Of a stretch of DNA of 64,000 bases, positions 53,617 to 62,365 are shown in pieces. A program made the position numbers and the translations under genes. Within the stretch, counting starts at the first letter, position 1. Each line of letters begins with the position of its first letter. The stretch lies in contig CBDFLE010000006.1 of assembly GCA_965248925.1 (NCBI GenBank), positions 3,552,001 to 3,616,000 on the forward strand. The letters are read 5' to 3'. The notes beneath the pieces are model-generated. The model had not been told where the DNA came from. It saw only the letters and a program-made list of their open reading frames with translations, and searched no databases. This stretch comes from Candidatus Multivoradales bacterium. GTDB taxonomy: Bacteria > Acidobacteriota > Thermoanaerobaculia > Multivoradales > J023.

Positions 53617-54276
53617 TTACACATCGTCAAGTTGCTCGAATGCCAAGATGCGACGCCGCAAGCTGTGCATCCAGAAGAGTAATGCGATAAAGCCGGCCAT
53701 CCCCGCCAATACCACCGACAGAATTGGCGATGCCATCTCGGCCTTGCCAGGAGTCGGGTGCAAGGAGAAGCTGGCCATGCGCGGCATCACGAAGTAGAGG
53801 AACGGCGCCACCACCAAGCCGAGCACGGCGTAGACCGCCGCCAGTCGGGCACGGGTTTCAGCGTCTTCGACCGCGCCGCGCAGGGTCAGATAGGCGCCGT
53901 AGAAGATCAATGCCAAGGCAATGCTGGTTTGGCGCGGGTCCCAGTTCCAGTAGGCTCCCCACTGCACCTTGGCCCACACCGCGCCGGTGACCGTGGCCAG
54001 TATGGCGAACACTAGCGATACCTCGACCGCTGCCAAACTGGCCCAGTCGTGGCGTTGCTGGCGGCGAATCAAGTAGAGCGCGCTCCACACGCCGGCAGCG
54101 AGAAAGCCGATGAACGAAGCCACCGCCAGGGGCACATGGAAGTAAACAATGCGGCTCGATTGTGGGCTGTCTCCAGCCAGGCCGCTAAAGCCGCTCGACA
54201 TCGGGGCGGCGAGCAGGGCGGCCAAGATCACCGCTGAGATCCACAGAAAAAGCAGCCAGGACAGAGCTTTCTTCAT
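53617..54276 (-). CDS. ccmC: Heme exporter/chaperone loader CcmC
   Basis: IVYFHVP, TGAVWAKVQWGAYWNWDPRQT (WWD), SLHP; start ATG 54276. Confidence 0.93.
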   Translation of the reverse strand: MKKALSWLLFLWISAVILAALLAAPMSSGFSGLAGDSPQSSRIVYFHVPLAVASFIGFLAAGVWSALYLIRRQQRHDWASLAAVEVSLVFAILATVTGAVWAKVQWGAYWNWDPRQTSIALALIFYGAYLTLRGAVEDAETRARLAAVYAVLGLVVAPFLYFVMPRMASFSLHPTPGKAEMASPILSVVLAGMAGFIALLFWMHSLRRRILAFEQLDDV

Positions 54277-54340
54277 CACGTCCTCGTACGATTTCTTCGA
54301 ATTCTGGTTCGTCACCCCAAGCCGCATGGGTACCTTCGAC

Positions 54341-55024
54341 TTATGGATTCCACACCACGGGGAAGAGCATCAGAGCGGCCACTGTCAAGGTCCCATCATA
54401 CAGCAGAGTCTGCATCAGTGCCGAACTGCTTGGCTCGCCGAGCACCGCGCTGCGGGTGAGTTGGATGGCGAAGAGCAGCAGCGGTAACAAGACCGGGAAC
54501 GCCAGCACTGAGAACAACGCTCCGCGCGAGCGCGCCTGTGCCACCATGGCGGCAATCAGGGTACTGGCCACCGCCAGCCCATAGCCGCCCACCGCCAGGG
54601 CGCCTAGCAGCCGCGGCGCCGAACTCACTGGCATTTGCAGCATCGCCAGGTAAAGCGGCACGACGATCAGTTCGAGCAAGCCGAGCAGCGCCAGGTTATA
54701 GAGCAGTTTGCCGCAGAACAGCGCCGACGGCCGCGCTGACAGGCGTAATGCCGCCGCGGTGCCGAGTTCCTCCTCCTGCACGAAACTGCGCGGTAAGCCC
54801 GCCGAAGAGGCGAAGAGCAGGATCAACCACAGAATCACCGCCAGGGTGTTGAGCCCGTCGCTAGAGGTGCCGATGGGCCCTAACGCCATGCTCACCATGA
54901 CCAGGGTCGAGAAGGCGAAAAGACCGACGGTGTTCAGGGCATACCGAGTGCGCAGCTCGCAGCGCCACTCCTTGCCGGCGACCGCCAGCGTTTCATGAAT
55001 CCAGATCGAGGCGTGTCGTGACAC
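54341..55024 (-). CDS. ccmB: Heme exporter permease CcmB
   Basis: KEWRCELR, SFVQEEELGT..L, GK, L..VL.FP..LP; position in ccm cluster. Confidence 0.88.
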   Translation of the reverse strand: MSRHASIWIHETLAVAGKEWRCELRTRYALNTVGLFAFSTLVMVSMALGPIGTSSDGLNTLAVILWLILLFASSAGLPRSFVQEEELGTAAALRLSARPSALFCGKLLYNLALLGLLELIVVPLYLAMLQMPVSSAPRLLGALAVGGYGLAVASTLIAAMVAQARSRGALFSVLAFPVLLPLLLFAIQLTRSAVLGEPSSSALMQTLLYDGTLTVAALMLFPVVWNP

Positions 55025-55655
55025 GGGGTAGCTCCAAATCGTCCGGGTTGGCGACTACTGCCAGGCTCCCGTCATCCAGGTGTTGCTCGAGCAGTCGCCT
55101 GACATCGCGCCGCCCTTGAGCGTCGAGGTTCTGTAGTGGCTCGTCGAGCAGCAGCAGGCGCGGCCGATGAGCCAGTGCCCAGCACCAACGCAGCCGTTGG
55201 CGCATGCCCGAAGACAAGGCGGCAGCCTCGCGACCGCGGGGCAAGCCGAGGTGGTCGAGCAGTTGGCGACCGTGTTGCGGTTCGATACCGCGTAGGCGGG
55301 CAAAGAAGTCGAGATTCTCAAGGGTCGTCAGCTGGGGGTAGAATTCCAAGTCGGGAGCGACCCAGCCGACGGCCCGTCGCCGTTCCTCGGTGCTGAGCTG
55401 GTGGCCGCCCAGCCGGTATTCGATAGTGCCCCGCTGGGCCACCAACAAGCCGCTGAGACAGCGCAGCAAGGTGCTCTTGCCCGAGCCGTTGGATCCGGTC
55501 ACCAACAGCAGATCGCCGGGGTCGACCTGGCCAGAGACCCCGCGCAACACTCGCAGCCGGCCGTAGGAGCGGCGCAGGTCGCGAAATCGCAGCCGATCTT
55601 GGCCCGGATGGTCCCCGGGTCGCCGGTCCGCCGTGTCCTGTAGATCACTACCCAT
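54993..55655 (-). CDS. ccmA: Heme ABC exporter ATPase CcmA
   Basis: Walker A GSNGSGKS, LSSGMRQR, LLLLDEP; first gene of ccm cluster. Confidence 0.88.
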   Translation of the reverse strand: MGSDLQDTADRRPGDHPGQDRLRFRDLRRSYGRLRVLRGVSGQVDPGDLLLVTGSNGSGKSTLLRCLSGLLVAQRGTIEYRLGGHQLSTEERRRAVGWVAPDLEFYPQLTTLENLDFFARLRGIEPQHGRQLLDHLGLPRGREAAALSSGMRQRLRWCWALAHRPRLLLLDEPLQNLDAQGRRDVRRLLEQHLDDGSLAVVANPDDLELPRVTTRLDLDS

Positions 55656-55831
55656 GGCGGTGGATTATAGGCCCAGTGCCGGGGTATTCGCAGCCGTATT
55701 CAAGGTGGTGTCGACGGTGGTGTTGACGGTGGCATTCAAAGTGGTCTTGAATCTCTATGGATGGCCGAGTCGGCCAGGGGACGTGCTGACGCCGGTTGTT
55801 TCGTATCCGGGCAGGACGTAGGATCATGCTC

Positions 55832-57904
55832 ATGTCGGATGCACTAGATGGTGACGGGATCGACTCCCGCGGGCCTTTGAGGGCAGCGTCGCTGGCGCTG
55901 CCGCGAACCTTGTTGGCCTTGGTGATGGTGAGCGTTCTTAGTTGTGCTGGTAGTACGCCTCCCGCCAGTCGTCCTGCGCTGCCGGTCGCCGCTGTCGAGC
56001 AGGCCCATCTCGAGGAGCATGCGCTGTTGCTTTTGCTCGCGGATCGGCGTACCTACGAGCCTTTCACCTTGCAGCAATCACTCGATGGCGATGTCGAGCT
56101 ACGCCGCGCCCTGGCCGCGGCGGTAGGTTGGTTGGGCGATCCGCGAGGCGCTGGCCTACTCGCGGTGTTGGCCACCGACGTCGATCTGCAAGTACGGCGG
56201 GCGGCGGTGTTCAGCTGTGGTGAGTTGGGAGAGAAAGGGGCCTCTGGCTGTGCCGACACCCTACTCCGGCGGCTTGACGACGAAGATCGTCAGACGGGTA
56301 GATTGGCGGTCGAAGGGCTAGCCAAGATCGGCGTGCCCTTCGACAGCATTCTGCCGGTGTTGAGCGAGATGAGCGCGGAGGAATTCCTTGCTCGTCTAGT
56401 GCCTTCGTTGTCGCAATGGGCGCGTGCGGGAGTCGCGGTTCAGGGCTGGGCTGAGTTGGGCCTGGCCAGTTCGGATCCCCAGATCCACGCCCTGGCCGCC
56501 CACTCACTGACTCGCGAGCCGCAGCCCGAATCACGGGTCGCGATTCGCGGCCTGTTGGGCGATGCCGACCCCTGGGTGCGCTCTTGGGCGGCGCGGGCGA
56601 TGGGCTGGGTGGGGGCGCGCGAAGATCTAGAGCTGCTGCGTCCGTTGCTTGAGGATTCCCACCTAGGACCCGCTGTGCAGGCGTTGCGAGCCGCCCATCG
56701 TCTGCTGCGCGAAGGCCGCGCGGCGCCACCTGCTGCTTGGCGCGACCGATTGCTCGAGCTGTTTTCCGATCCCCGGCCGGCGGTGCGCCACAGTGCTATT
56801 GAGGCGAGTGCCGGTTGGTTGCTTGACAGGCAGCTGGAGGAGGCCTTAAAAGGCCTTGCCTTTGCCGAGGTGGCGCGAGATCGGCAGCTGGCGGTGCTTG
56901 CTCTGGCGGCCGCCGCCAGCCCGGCTGCGGAGCTTCTGAACGCCCGTTTGGCCCGCCATCCCGAAGCCGCGGAAAGGGCGGTCGCCGCGCGTGCGGCAGG
57001 GCGGCTAGGCAGCGAGACCCTGCTTGCCGAGTTGGCTGAAGATCCCGCGGCGGGAGTCCGCTTGGCGGCACTGTCGGTCTACTTGCAGCGCGACGACGCC
57101 AGCGCCGAGTCTCAGGCTCGAAGAGCATTGGCGGACCCTGATTCGGCAGTTCGTGCCTTGGCTATCGAATGGACCGTGGACCATCCGGTGGTCGAGCTGC
57201 GCGCCTTGGCGCCAGCGTTCTCGCCGTTGCGTCGCGAACGCGGTATCAGTCCCTTCTTGGCCGGCGCCAAGAGTCTGGCGGCGCGGGCGCGGGTGGAACC
57301 GCTGGAGCGCGGTACCGCGGTAGCTTTGCTTGAGGACCTGGCCGCTGATCAGCGGTATTTGGTGCGTCGGGCTGCGATTGAAGAACTTGGCAGTCTAGGG
57401 CGCCCGCGGCCCGCGCTAGGCACCGTCGACAGTGGCCGTTCGGTGTCTACGTATCGGGAGCTGGTGCTGCGTAGCCGGCGTCCGCGAGAGGTAGAGATTG
57501 TCACCAGTCGGGGTAAGATGACGGTACGCTTGGAATGCCCGCTGGCACCCTTGACCTGTTTGAATTTCTTGCAGCTTGCCGGCCAAGGCTACTACGACGA
57601 CATGTCTTGGCGGCGAGTGGTGGCGGATTTCATCGTCCAGAGTGGCGATCCGCGTAGCGACGCTGCGGCGGGTCCCGGCTACACGGTGCGCGATGAAGTC
57701 AATCCGCTGCGCTTCGAGCGAGGTGTCTTGGGCATGGTGCTGGAGGGTCCCGACACGGCGGGCAGTCAGTTTTTCATCACCCTGTCGCGACAGCCACACC
57801 TCGATGGCGTATACACTGCTTTCGGTCGGCTAGTGGACGGAGAGTTGGTGCTCGATCAGCTGGTCCAAGGCGACCGTATCGTTACCATTCGGGAGGTGGC
57901 TTAG
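55832..57904 (+). CDS. HEAT-repeat plus cyclophilin-type peptidyl-prolyl isomerase, probable lipoprotein
   Basis: VLS-C lipobox, D..P.VR..A HEAT repeats, C-terminal APLT..NF..L...GYY, RVVADFIVQSGDP, GSQFFI, HLDGVYTAFG. Start 55832 or 55826. Confidence 0.85.
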   Translation: MSDALDGDGIDSRGPLRAASLALPRTLLALVMVSVLSCAGSTPPASRPALPVAAVEQAHLEEHALLLLLADRRTYEPFTLQQSLDGDVELRRALAAAVGWLGDPRGAGLLAVLATDVDLQVRRAAVFSCGELGEKGASGCADTLLRRLDDEDRQTGRLAVEGLAKIGVPFDSILPVLSEMSAEEFLARLVPSLSQWARAGVAVQGWAELGLASSDPQIHALAAHSLTREPQPESRVAIRGLLGDADPWVRSWAARAMGWVGAREDLELLRPLLEDSHLGPAVQALRAAHRLLREGRAAPPAAWRDRLLELFSDPRPAVRHSAIEASAGWLLDRQLEEALKGLAFAEVARDRQLAVLALAAAASPAAELLNARLARHPEAAERAVAARAAGRLGSETLLAELAEDPAAGVRLAALSVYLQRDDASAESQARRALADPDSAVRALAIEWTVDHPVVELRALAPAFSPLRRERGISPFLAGAKSLAARARVEPLERGTAVALLEDLAADQRYLVRRAAIEELGSLGRPRPALGTVDSGRSVSTYRELVLRSRRPREVEIVTSRGKMTVRLECPLAPLTCLNFLQLAGQGYYDDMSWRRVVADFIVQSGDPRSDAAAGPGYTVRDEVNPLRFERGVLGMVLEGPDTAGSQFFITLSRQPHLDGVYTAFGRLVDGELVLDQLVQGDRIVTIREVA

Positions 57905-57955
57905 CACGGAGCGAGGTAGCGGCCTCGCACTGAGCGGAAGACCACCCAGAGATTC

Positions 57956-57981
57956 TGCAACCTTCGTTTAAACCTCACGTA
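57956..57981 (+). promoter_or_regulatory. Putative autoregulatory ECF (SigW-like) promoter
   Basis: TGCAAC-N16-CGTA immediately upstream of the sigma ATG (57990); B. subtilis SigW consensus is TGAAAC-N16-CGTA. Confidence 0.65.
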
Positions 57982-57989
57982 GCTAGGCA

Positions 57990-58577
57990 ATGTCGAGAGA
58001 AGCGGTGCGACCCACAGATGAAGAGCTGGTTGCGTCGGTCCTTGACGGCGAGTCGGAGCTTTACGGCCAGGTAGTGGCCAGGTACCAAGGCCGCTTGGTC
58101 AACTACCTCTACCGGATGCTGCGCAACGTGGATGATGCCCACGACTTGGCGCAGGAAGTTCTCTTCAAGATCTACGGCGCGCTCGATCGGTTCGATCCCA
58201 GCTATCGCTTCTCGACCTGGCTCTTTAGGGTGGCCCAGAACGCGGCCATTGACCGAATTCGCAAACGCCGGCTCAAGCTGGTGTCGATCCACCGCCCAGA
58301 TACCGGCGATGGAGATGGTGGCGATTGGCAGTTGCCTAGCGACGATCCGACGCCCTATCAGACGACCCGCAATATCGAGCGCGGCGTGGCTATCGAAGAG
58401 GCGATCGAGAGCCTGCCCTGGGAGTACCGCGAGTTGATTGTGATGCGGCACTATGGCGAGCTGTCCTACGACGAGATCGCCAAAGCCAAAGGGATGCCAC
58501 TCGGCACAGTGAAGAACAAGCTGTTCCGGGGTCGGCAGATGTTGAAGCAGAAGCTGCGAGAGTTTTTGACCGATTAG
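57990..58577 (+). CDS. ECF RNA polymerase sigma factor (SigW/RpoE-like)
   Basis: Region 2 DAHDLAQEV..FSTWLFRVAQNAAIDRIRK; region 4 LSYDEIA..MPLGTVKNKLFRGR. Confidence 0.93.
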   Translation: MSREAVRPTDEELVASVLDGESELYGQVVARYQGRLVNYLYRMLRNVDDAHDLAQEVLFKIYGALDRFDPSYRFSTWLFRVAQNAAIDRIRKRRLKLVSIHRPDTGDGDGGDWQLPSDDPTPYQTTRNIERGVAIEEAIESLPWEYRELIVMRHYGELSYDEIAKAKGMPLGTVKNKLFRGRQMLKQKLREFLTD

Positions 58578-58649
58578 ATGTTGCACGAGAGCGGTTAGAA
58601 GCCAGATCTCAACAACGACAGCACAAAGAACAGCACAGAGACCAGACTC

Positions 58650-59252
58650 ATGAGCACCCAAAACTCAACAGACGCCGCCACCCTCGAGATGTGGCTGGAC
58701 CAAGACCTGGGCGGCACCCTGGCGATCGACGATCGGCAAAGGCTCGATCGCTGCGCCGCCGCCGGTGTCGCCACCGCGACGTTACGGCAGGAGCTGCAAT
58801 CGCTGCACGCCTTGCTGGCCGAGAGCCGGATCGAGGTGCGAGCTGATTTTCGCCAGCAATTGATGGCCCGGTTGCCAGTTGCCACTTGGGAGCCGCGACG
58901 TTCTCCGGCTTGGGCCTTGCCACTGGCTTTGGCTCTGTCGTTGGCGCTTGCTGCCGGTCTGTTGCTTGCCAGGTCCGACTTCACTAGCGGACCGTCGTTT
59001 GGTACAGCGCTGGCTCTGGTCGATTTTCTGCAAGCCGCGTCCTTGGCCGGGGCGGGCCTGTGGGCGGCGACTTGGCGCGGATTTGGTTTGGGTCTGGAAG
59101 AGCTGATGGCTGCTTCCAAGCTCAACCTGCTGGCATTTGGTTTCGGTGTGCTATGTCTCAACCTGCTGTTCTTCCGCCTGTTGCGCCGACCGGCGTTAGC
59201 GACTGCTGAGAGTTCCTCCGCAAGGGTAAGTTCCAGCCGGGAGCAGGGCTGA
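58650..59252 (+). CDS. Putative membrane anti-sigma factor
   Basis: Follows ECF gene; LD..L....RQRL...DFRQQLMARL anti-sigma-like N-terminus, then 2-3 hydrophobic segments; no HxxxCxxC. Confidence 0.6.
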   Translation: MSTQNSTDAATLEMWLDQDLGGTLAIDDRQRLDRCAAAGVATATLRQELQSLHALLAESRIEVRADFRQQLMARLPVATWEPRRSPAWALPLALALSLALAAGLLLARSDFTSGPSFGTALALVDFLQAASLAGAGLWAATWRGFGLGLEELMAASKLNLLAFGFGVLCLNLLFFRLLRRPALATAESSSARVSSSREQG

Positions 59253-59309
59253 ATCGTCCCTTCGCTGCTAGTAATCCTACGCCACGCTAGCCCCTGTTAA
59301 GGTGGGGTA

Positions 59310-60257
59310 GTGAGCCACCAAATCCCCAGTCGAAGACCGAGCGACCCGTCCTGGCGGCGGGTTCTCTTGCTGGCCTTGGCTATCGTCTTGGCCACGGCCG
59401 CTTTCGAGAGCCCCGCGGGCGAGCGGCGCGGGCCGGCCTACCGGCTTGAGAACGGAGGTTTGGCACGCAGCCGAATCGTTGCTCTGGGGCGCGATGTGAT
59501 GCTTGATGGCGAGGCCCGCAGCCACGTTGTGGCGCTGTCGGGCTCGGTCTTCATCACCGGTGAGGTGGCAGGTGACGTGATCGTTATCGATGGCGAGGTA
59601 CATTTGTCGCCCACGGCCCGGGTGGAGGGCGATATTTTCGTCCTTGGCGGGCGCATCGCAGCAGCGCCTAATGCTCAGATCGGCGGCCGATCGGTGGCCT
59701 ATCCCGACGCCGCGGCGGTGTGGATGTCATTGCTCGAAGGGCCGGCGCTGGGGCGATCGGCGGGATCCAAGGTGGTGCTGGGAGCGCGGATGGCGTTAAT
59801 GGCATTTTGGGCCTTGGTTGGCGTGTTGTTGTTCGCCATCGCCGGCCGGGAAGTGGTCAGCACCTCCGAGAGCATTCGCTTAGAGCCCTTCCGCAACTTC
59901 TTTGTTGGTCTTACCGGCGTTTTGGCGATGGTGCTCACTGCCCTCTTTTTCAGCTCCTTCGCTGGTGCCTTTCTTGGCATTCCCTTGTTAGTGTTGGTCG
60001 GCGTTGTTGCCCTGGGACTGCGTTTTTGGGGCATGGTGGCGGTGTTTCACGCCCTCGGTAGTTGGCTCGCTCGCACCCTTGGGCGCCGCCCGCCTTTGCC
60101 GCTGAGCGCCGCGACTCTCGGCCTGGTCGCCCTCGGAGTGGTCAAATTCCTCCCTTGGTTCGGCATCCTGGCCTGGACCGTTGCCACCTTCATCGGCGTC
60201 GGCGCGGCCCTCTCCACCAAGCTCGGCCGCCGCGAAGCCTGGTTCCAGACTGGCTGA
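59310..60257 (+). CDS. Membrane protein with bactofilin-like beta-helix domain and multiple C-terminal TMs
   Basis: Repeats VALGRDVMLDG/VALSGSVFITGEVAGDVIVIDGEV/VEGDIFVLGG, followed by about 5 TM helices. Confidence 0.7.
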   Translation: MSHQIPSRRPSDPSWRRVLLLALAIVLATAAFESPAGERRGPAYRLENGGLARSRIVALGRDVMLDGEARSHVVALSGSVFITGEVAGDVIVIDGEVHLSPTARVEGDIFVLGGRIAAAPNAQIGGRSVAYPDAAAVWMSLLEGPALGRSAGSKVVLGARMALMAFWALVGVLLFAIAGREVVSTSESIRLEPFRNFFVGLTGVLAMVLTALFFSSFAGAFLGIPLLVLVGVVALGLRFWGMVAVFHALGSWLARTLGRRPPLPLSAATLGLVALGVVKFLPWFGILAWTVATFIGVGAALSTKLGRREAWFQTG

Positions 60258-60313
60258 GCTTTGCTAGCTGGGCGTCTCGAAAACTACACAAATCACTGAA
60301 AACAGGTATCTTA

Positions 60314-60375
60314 CTCTTCGTCCCGCCAGGGACGTCACAGCATAGCGAGTGATTTCAATCACTCGCTATGCTGTG
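60314..60375. repeat. Second locus of the REP-like bipartite palindrome
   Basis: CTCTTCGTCCCGCCAGGGACG (identical to 19986-20006), then a perfect 19-bp-arm palindrome CACAGCATAGCGAGTGATT-TC-AATCACTCGCTATGCTGTG. Confidence 0.85.
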
Positions 60376-60612
60376 GCTGGGACATCGGCCAGCTGCGGCA
60401 ATGCGCCAACAGCTCACAAGCCGCCGCATTGCACATCCAAAATGTTAATCGGCCCAGCCAAATGAACACGCAAGCGGCACATCCCCGCCGGGCGGCAAAT
60501 CGCCGACCGATGCAACCGAGTGGGAAGTCGCAAGCCCAGAAAAGAAGTCTAACTCTTCTGCTATTGTCGGCTGCGAGTCAAGAAAGCTATAGGAATCCAG
60601 GGGAGGATCACC

Positions 60613-61266
60613 ATGAAGCTCGACCACCACCACGCCTTGCTCGCGGACGCTGCTAGGGACAGCTTGCAGAAGATCCGGCAGGATAAGCGCAAGCTCAACA
60701 AAAGGCTCAAGCCCCCACTAGCGCGCCTGGAAAAAGATCTCTTTCTGTCCGAAATGGACGTTGCCAGGCTGCGGCTGGATTGCAAAATCGGCGATCGCGC
60801 GGTGGGCAGCGAGATTGGCCGCGTGCTGGGCGTGCCATTGCAGACCTATATTAGAGACCGCCGTTTGGAGACGGCGGTCCGGCTGCTGGGACGTACCAAT
60901 CTGAATCACGGCGAGATCAGTGAGTTGCTGGGCTGCTATTCGAGCACTTCAGCTTTTTGCCGCTCCTTCAAGCGCTGGTGCAACCTGCAGCCGGGTGCCA
61001 TGCGCCGGCAACTTCGAGCCAATTCGCCGCAGGCCGGCGCGCCAGCCGACGAGATGCTAAACCGCGAATTCTGGTACCCGGCGATGTTCGGCAAGCTAGA
61101 TCCGGAGCAAGAATACCGATTCACCCGCCATGTGCAGGCTCTCTACCCCAGGTCCCTCCAGCTAGCTTGCACCGAGGCGAATGACGACTCAGAGCCCCAC
61201 CAGGAGCACATTGACGGACGCCGATTCGAGCGTTTCCATGCCGAATGCCTATTCCGACGAAACTGA
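60613..61266 (+). pseudogene. AraC-type HTH protein, probably 3'-truncated by the IS21 insertion
   Basis: YIRDRRLETAVRLL..T.L...EISELLG..STSAFCRSFKRW...PG AraC HTH; GGAGG RBS; last codons (CLFRRN*) lie inside the IS terminal repeat starting at 61246. Confidence 0.7.
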
Positions 61267-61600
61267 CCAGCCATTCCGATCGAAACCGACCACTTGTCGG
61301 AGCGAAGCGACGCTGGCGCTCTCCTCAGTTGTAAGTGTCCACTTTCGCTGTAGCTGGAGCCCTCCTTCCGGCTCTTCTTCTTGATTGATTGTATTCAAAT
61401 AACCCGTCGTCGGGGCTGTGCGTAGCTGTGGGAAACGCAGGTTGGGGGGCAGGGGGGCGTTTTCCAAGCGGTTGTGGGAATCGCAGAGCGATTTCCACAA
61501 CCGCGGCAGCTTCCACAGTCCATCTTGGGTCGGGTCCGGATCGGGCCGCAGGCCCGCTGATGGGTCAGAATCGGCGATCGCTTCAGCATGCTCTTGGATC

Positions 61601-62365
61601 TCACCTTGCCTCTCGCTGGGCGGCCTTGCGAATACCGCCGGCTCTCTTCGCCCGCATGGAGTCACCGTCCACCGCGAGCTTGTAGGCGCCGTGGACAGTG
61701 CGATCGAGGATGGCGTCGGCCAAGGTCGGATCGCCGATGACCTCGTACCAGCTCTCAACCGGTAGCTGGGAGGTCACCAGCGTGGAGCGGTTGCCGTAGC
61801 GGTCCTCAAGAATCTCGAGCAGGTCGCGCCGCTCGCTGGCCCCGATCGGCGCCAGCCCCCAGTCGTCGAGGATGAGCAGGTCTGTGCGAGCATAGCTCTT
61901 GAGCAGCTTCTCGTAGCTACCATCACCCCGCGCGATGGCGAGCTGGCGAAACAGCCTCGGCACCCGCAGGTACAAAGCGGTGTAACCCTCCCGACATGCC
62001 TTGTGCGCGAAGGCGCAGGCGAGAAAGGTCTTGCCCACCCCGGCCTTGCCGGTGATCAGCACGTTGAGATGCTCGGCGATCCACTGGCACGAGGCCAGGC
62101 GCAGGATCTGGCCTTTGTCCAGGCCCCTCTTGGCTCGCCAGTCGATGTCTTCGATGGCCGCCTGCTCGCGCAGCTTGGCTTTTCGCAACCGCGCTATCAA
62201 GCGGCGGCTGGATCGCTCGGTCGCTTCGCGCTCGACCAGCAGCCCGAGGCGCTCTTCGAAGGAGAGCTCTGAGACATCGACCATCGACAGCTGCTCCTCA
62301 AAGGCTTTGGCCATACCGTGGAGCTTGAGCGCGGCGAGTTGATCGAGCGTCGCGTGCCTCAGCAT
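61601..62365 (-). CDS. istB: IS21 helper ATPase IstB
   Basis: LSFEERLGLLV, Walker A GKAGVGKT, LLILDDWG, TSQLP..W, ADAILDR, GDSMR. Confidence 0.95.
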   Translation of the reverse strand: MLRHATLDQLAALKLHGMAKAFEEQLSMVDVSELSFEERLGLLVEREATERSSRRLIARLRKAKLREQAAIEDIDWRAKRGLDKGQILRLASCQWIAEHLNVLITGKAGVGKTFLACAFAHKACREGYTALYLRVPRLFRQLAIARGDGSYEKLLKSYARTDLLILDDWGLAPIGASERRDLLEILEDRYGNRSTLVTSQLPVESWYEVIGDPTLADAILDRTVHGAYKLAVDGDSMRAKRAGGIRKAAQREAR

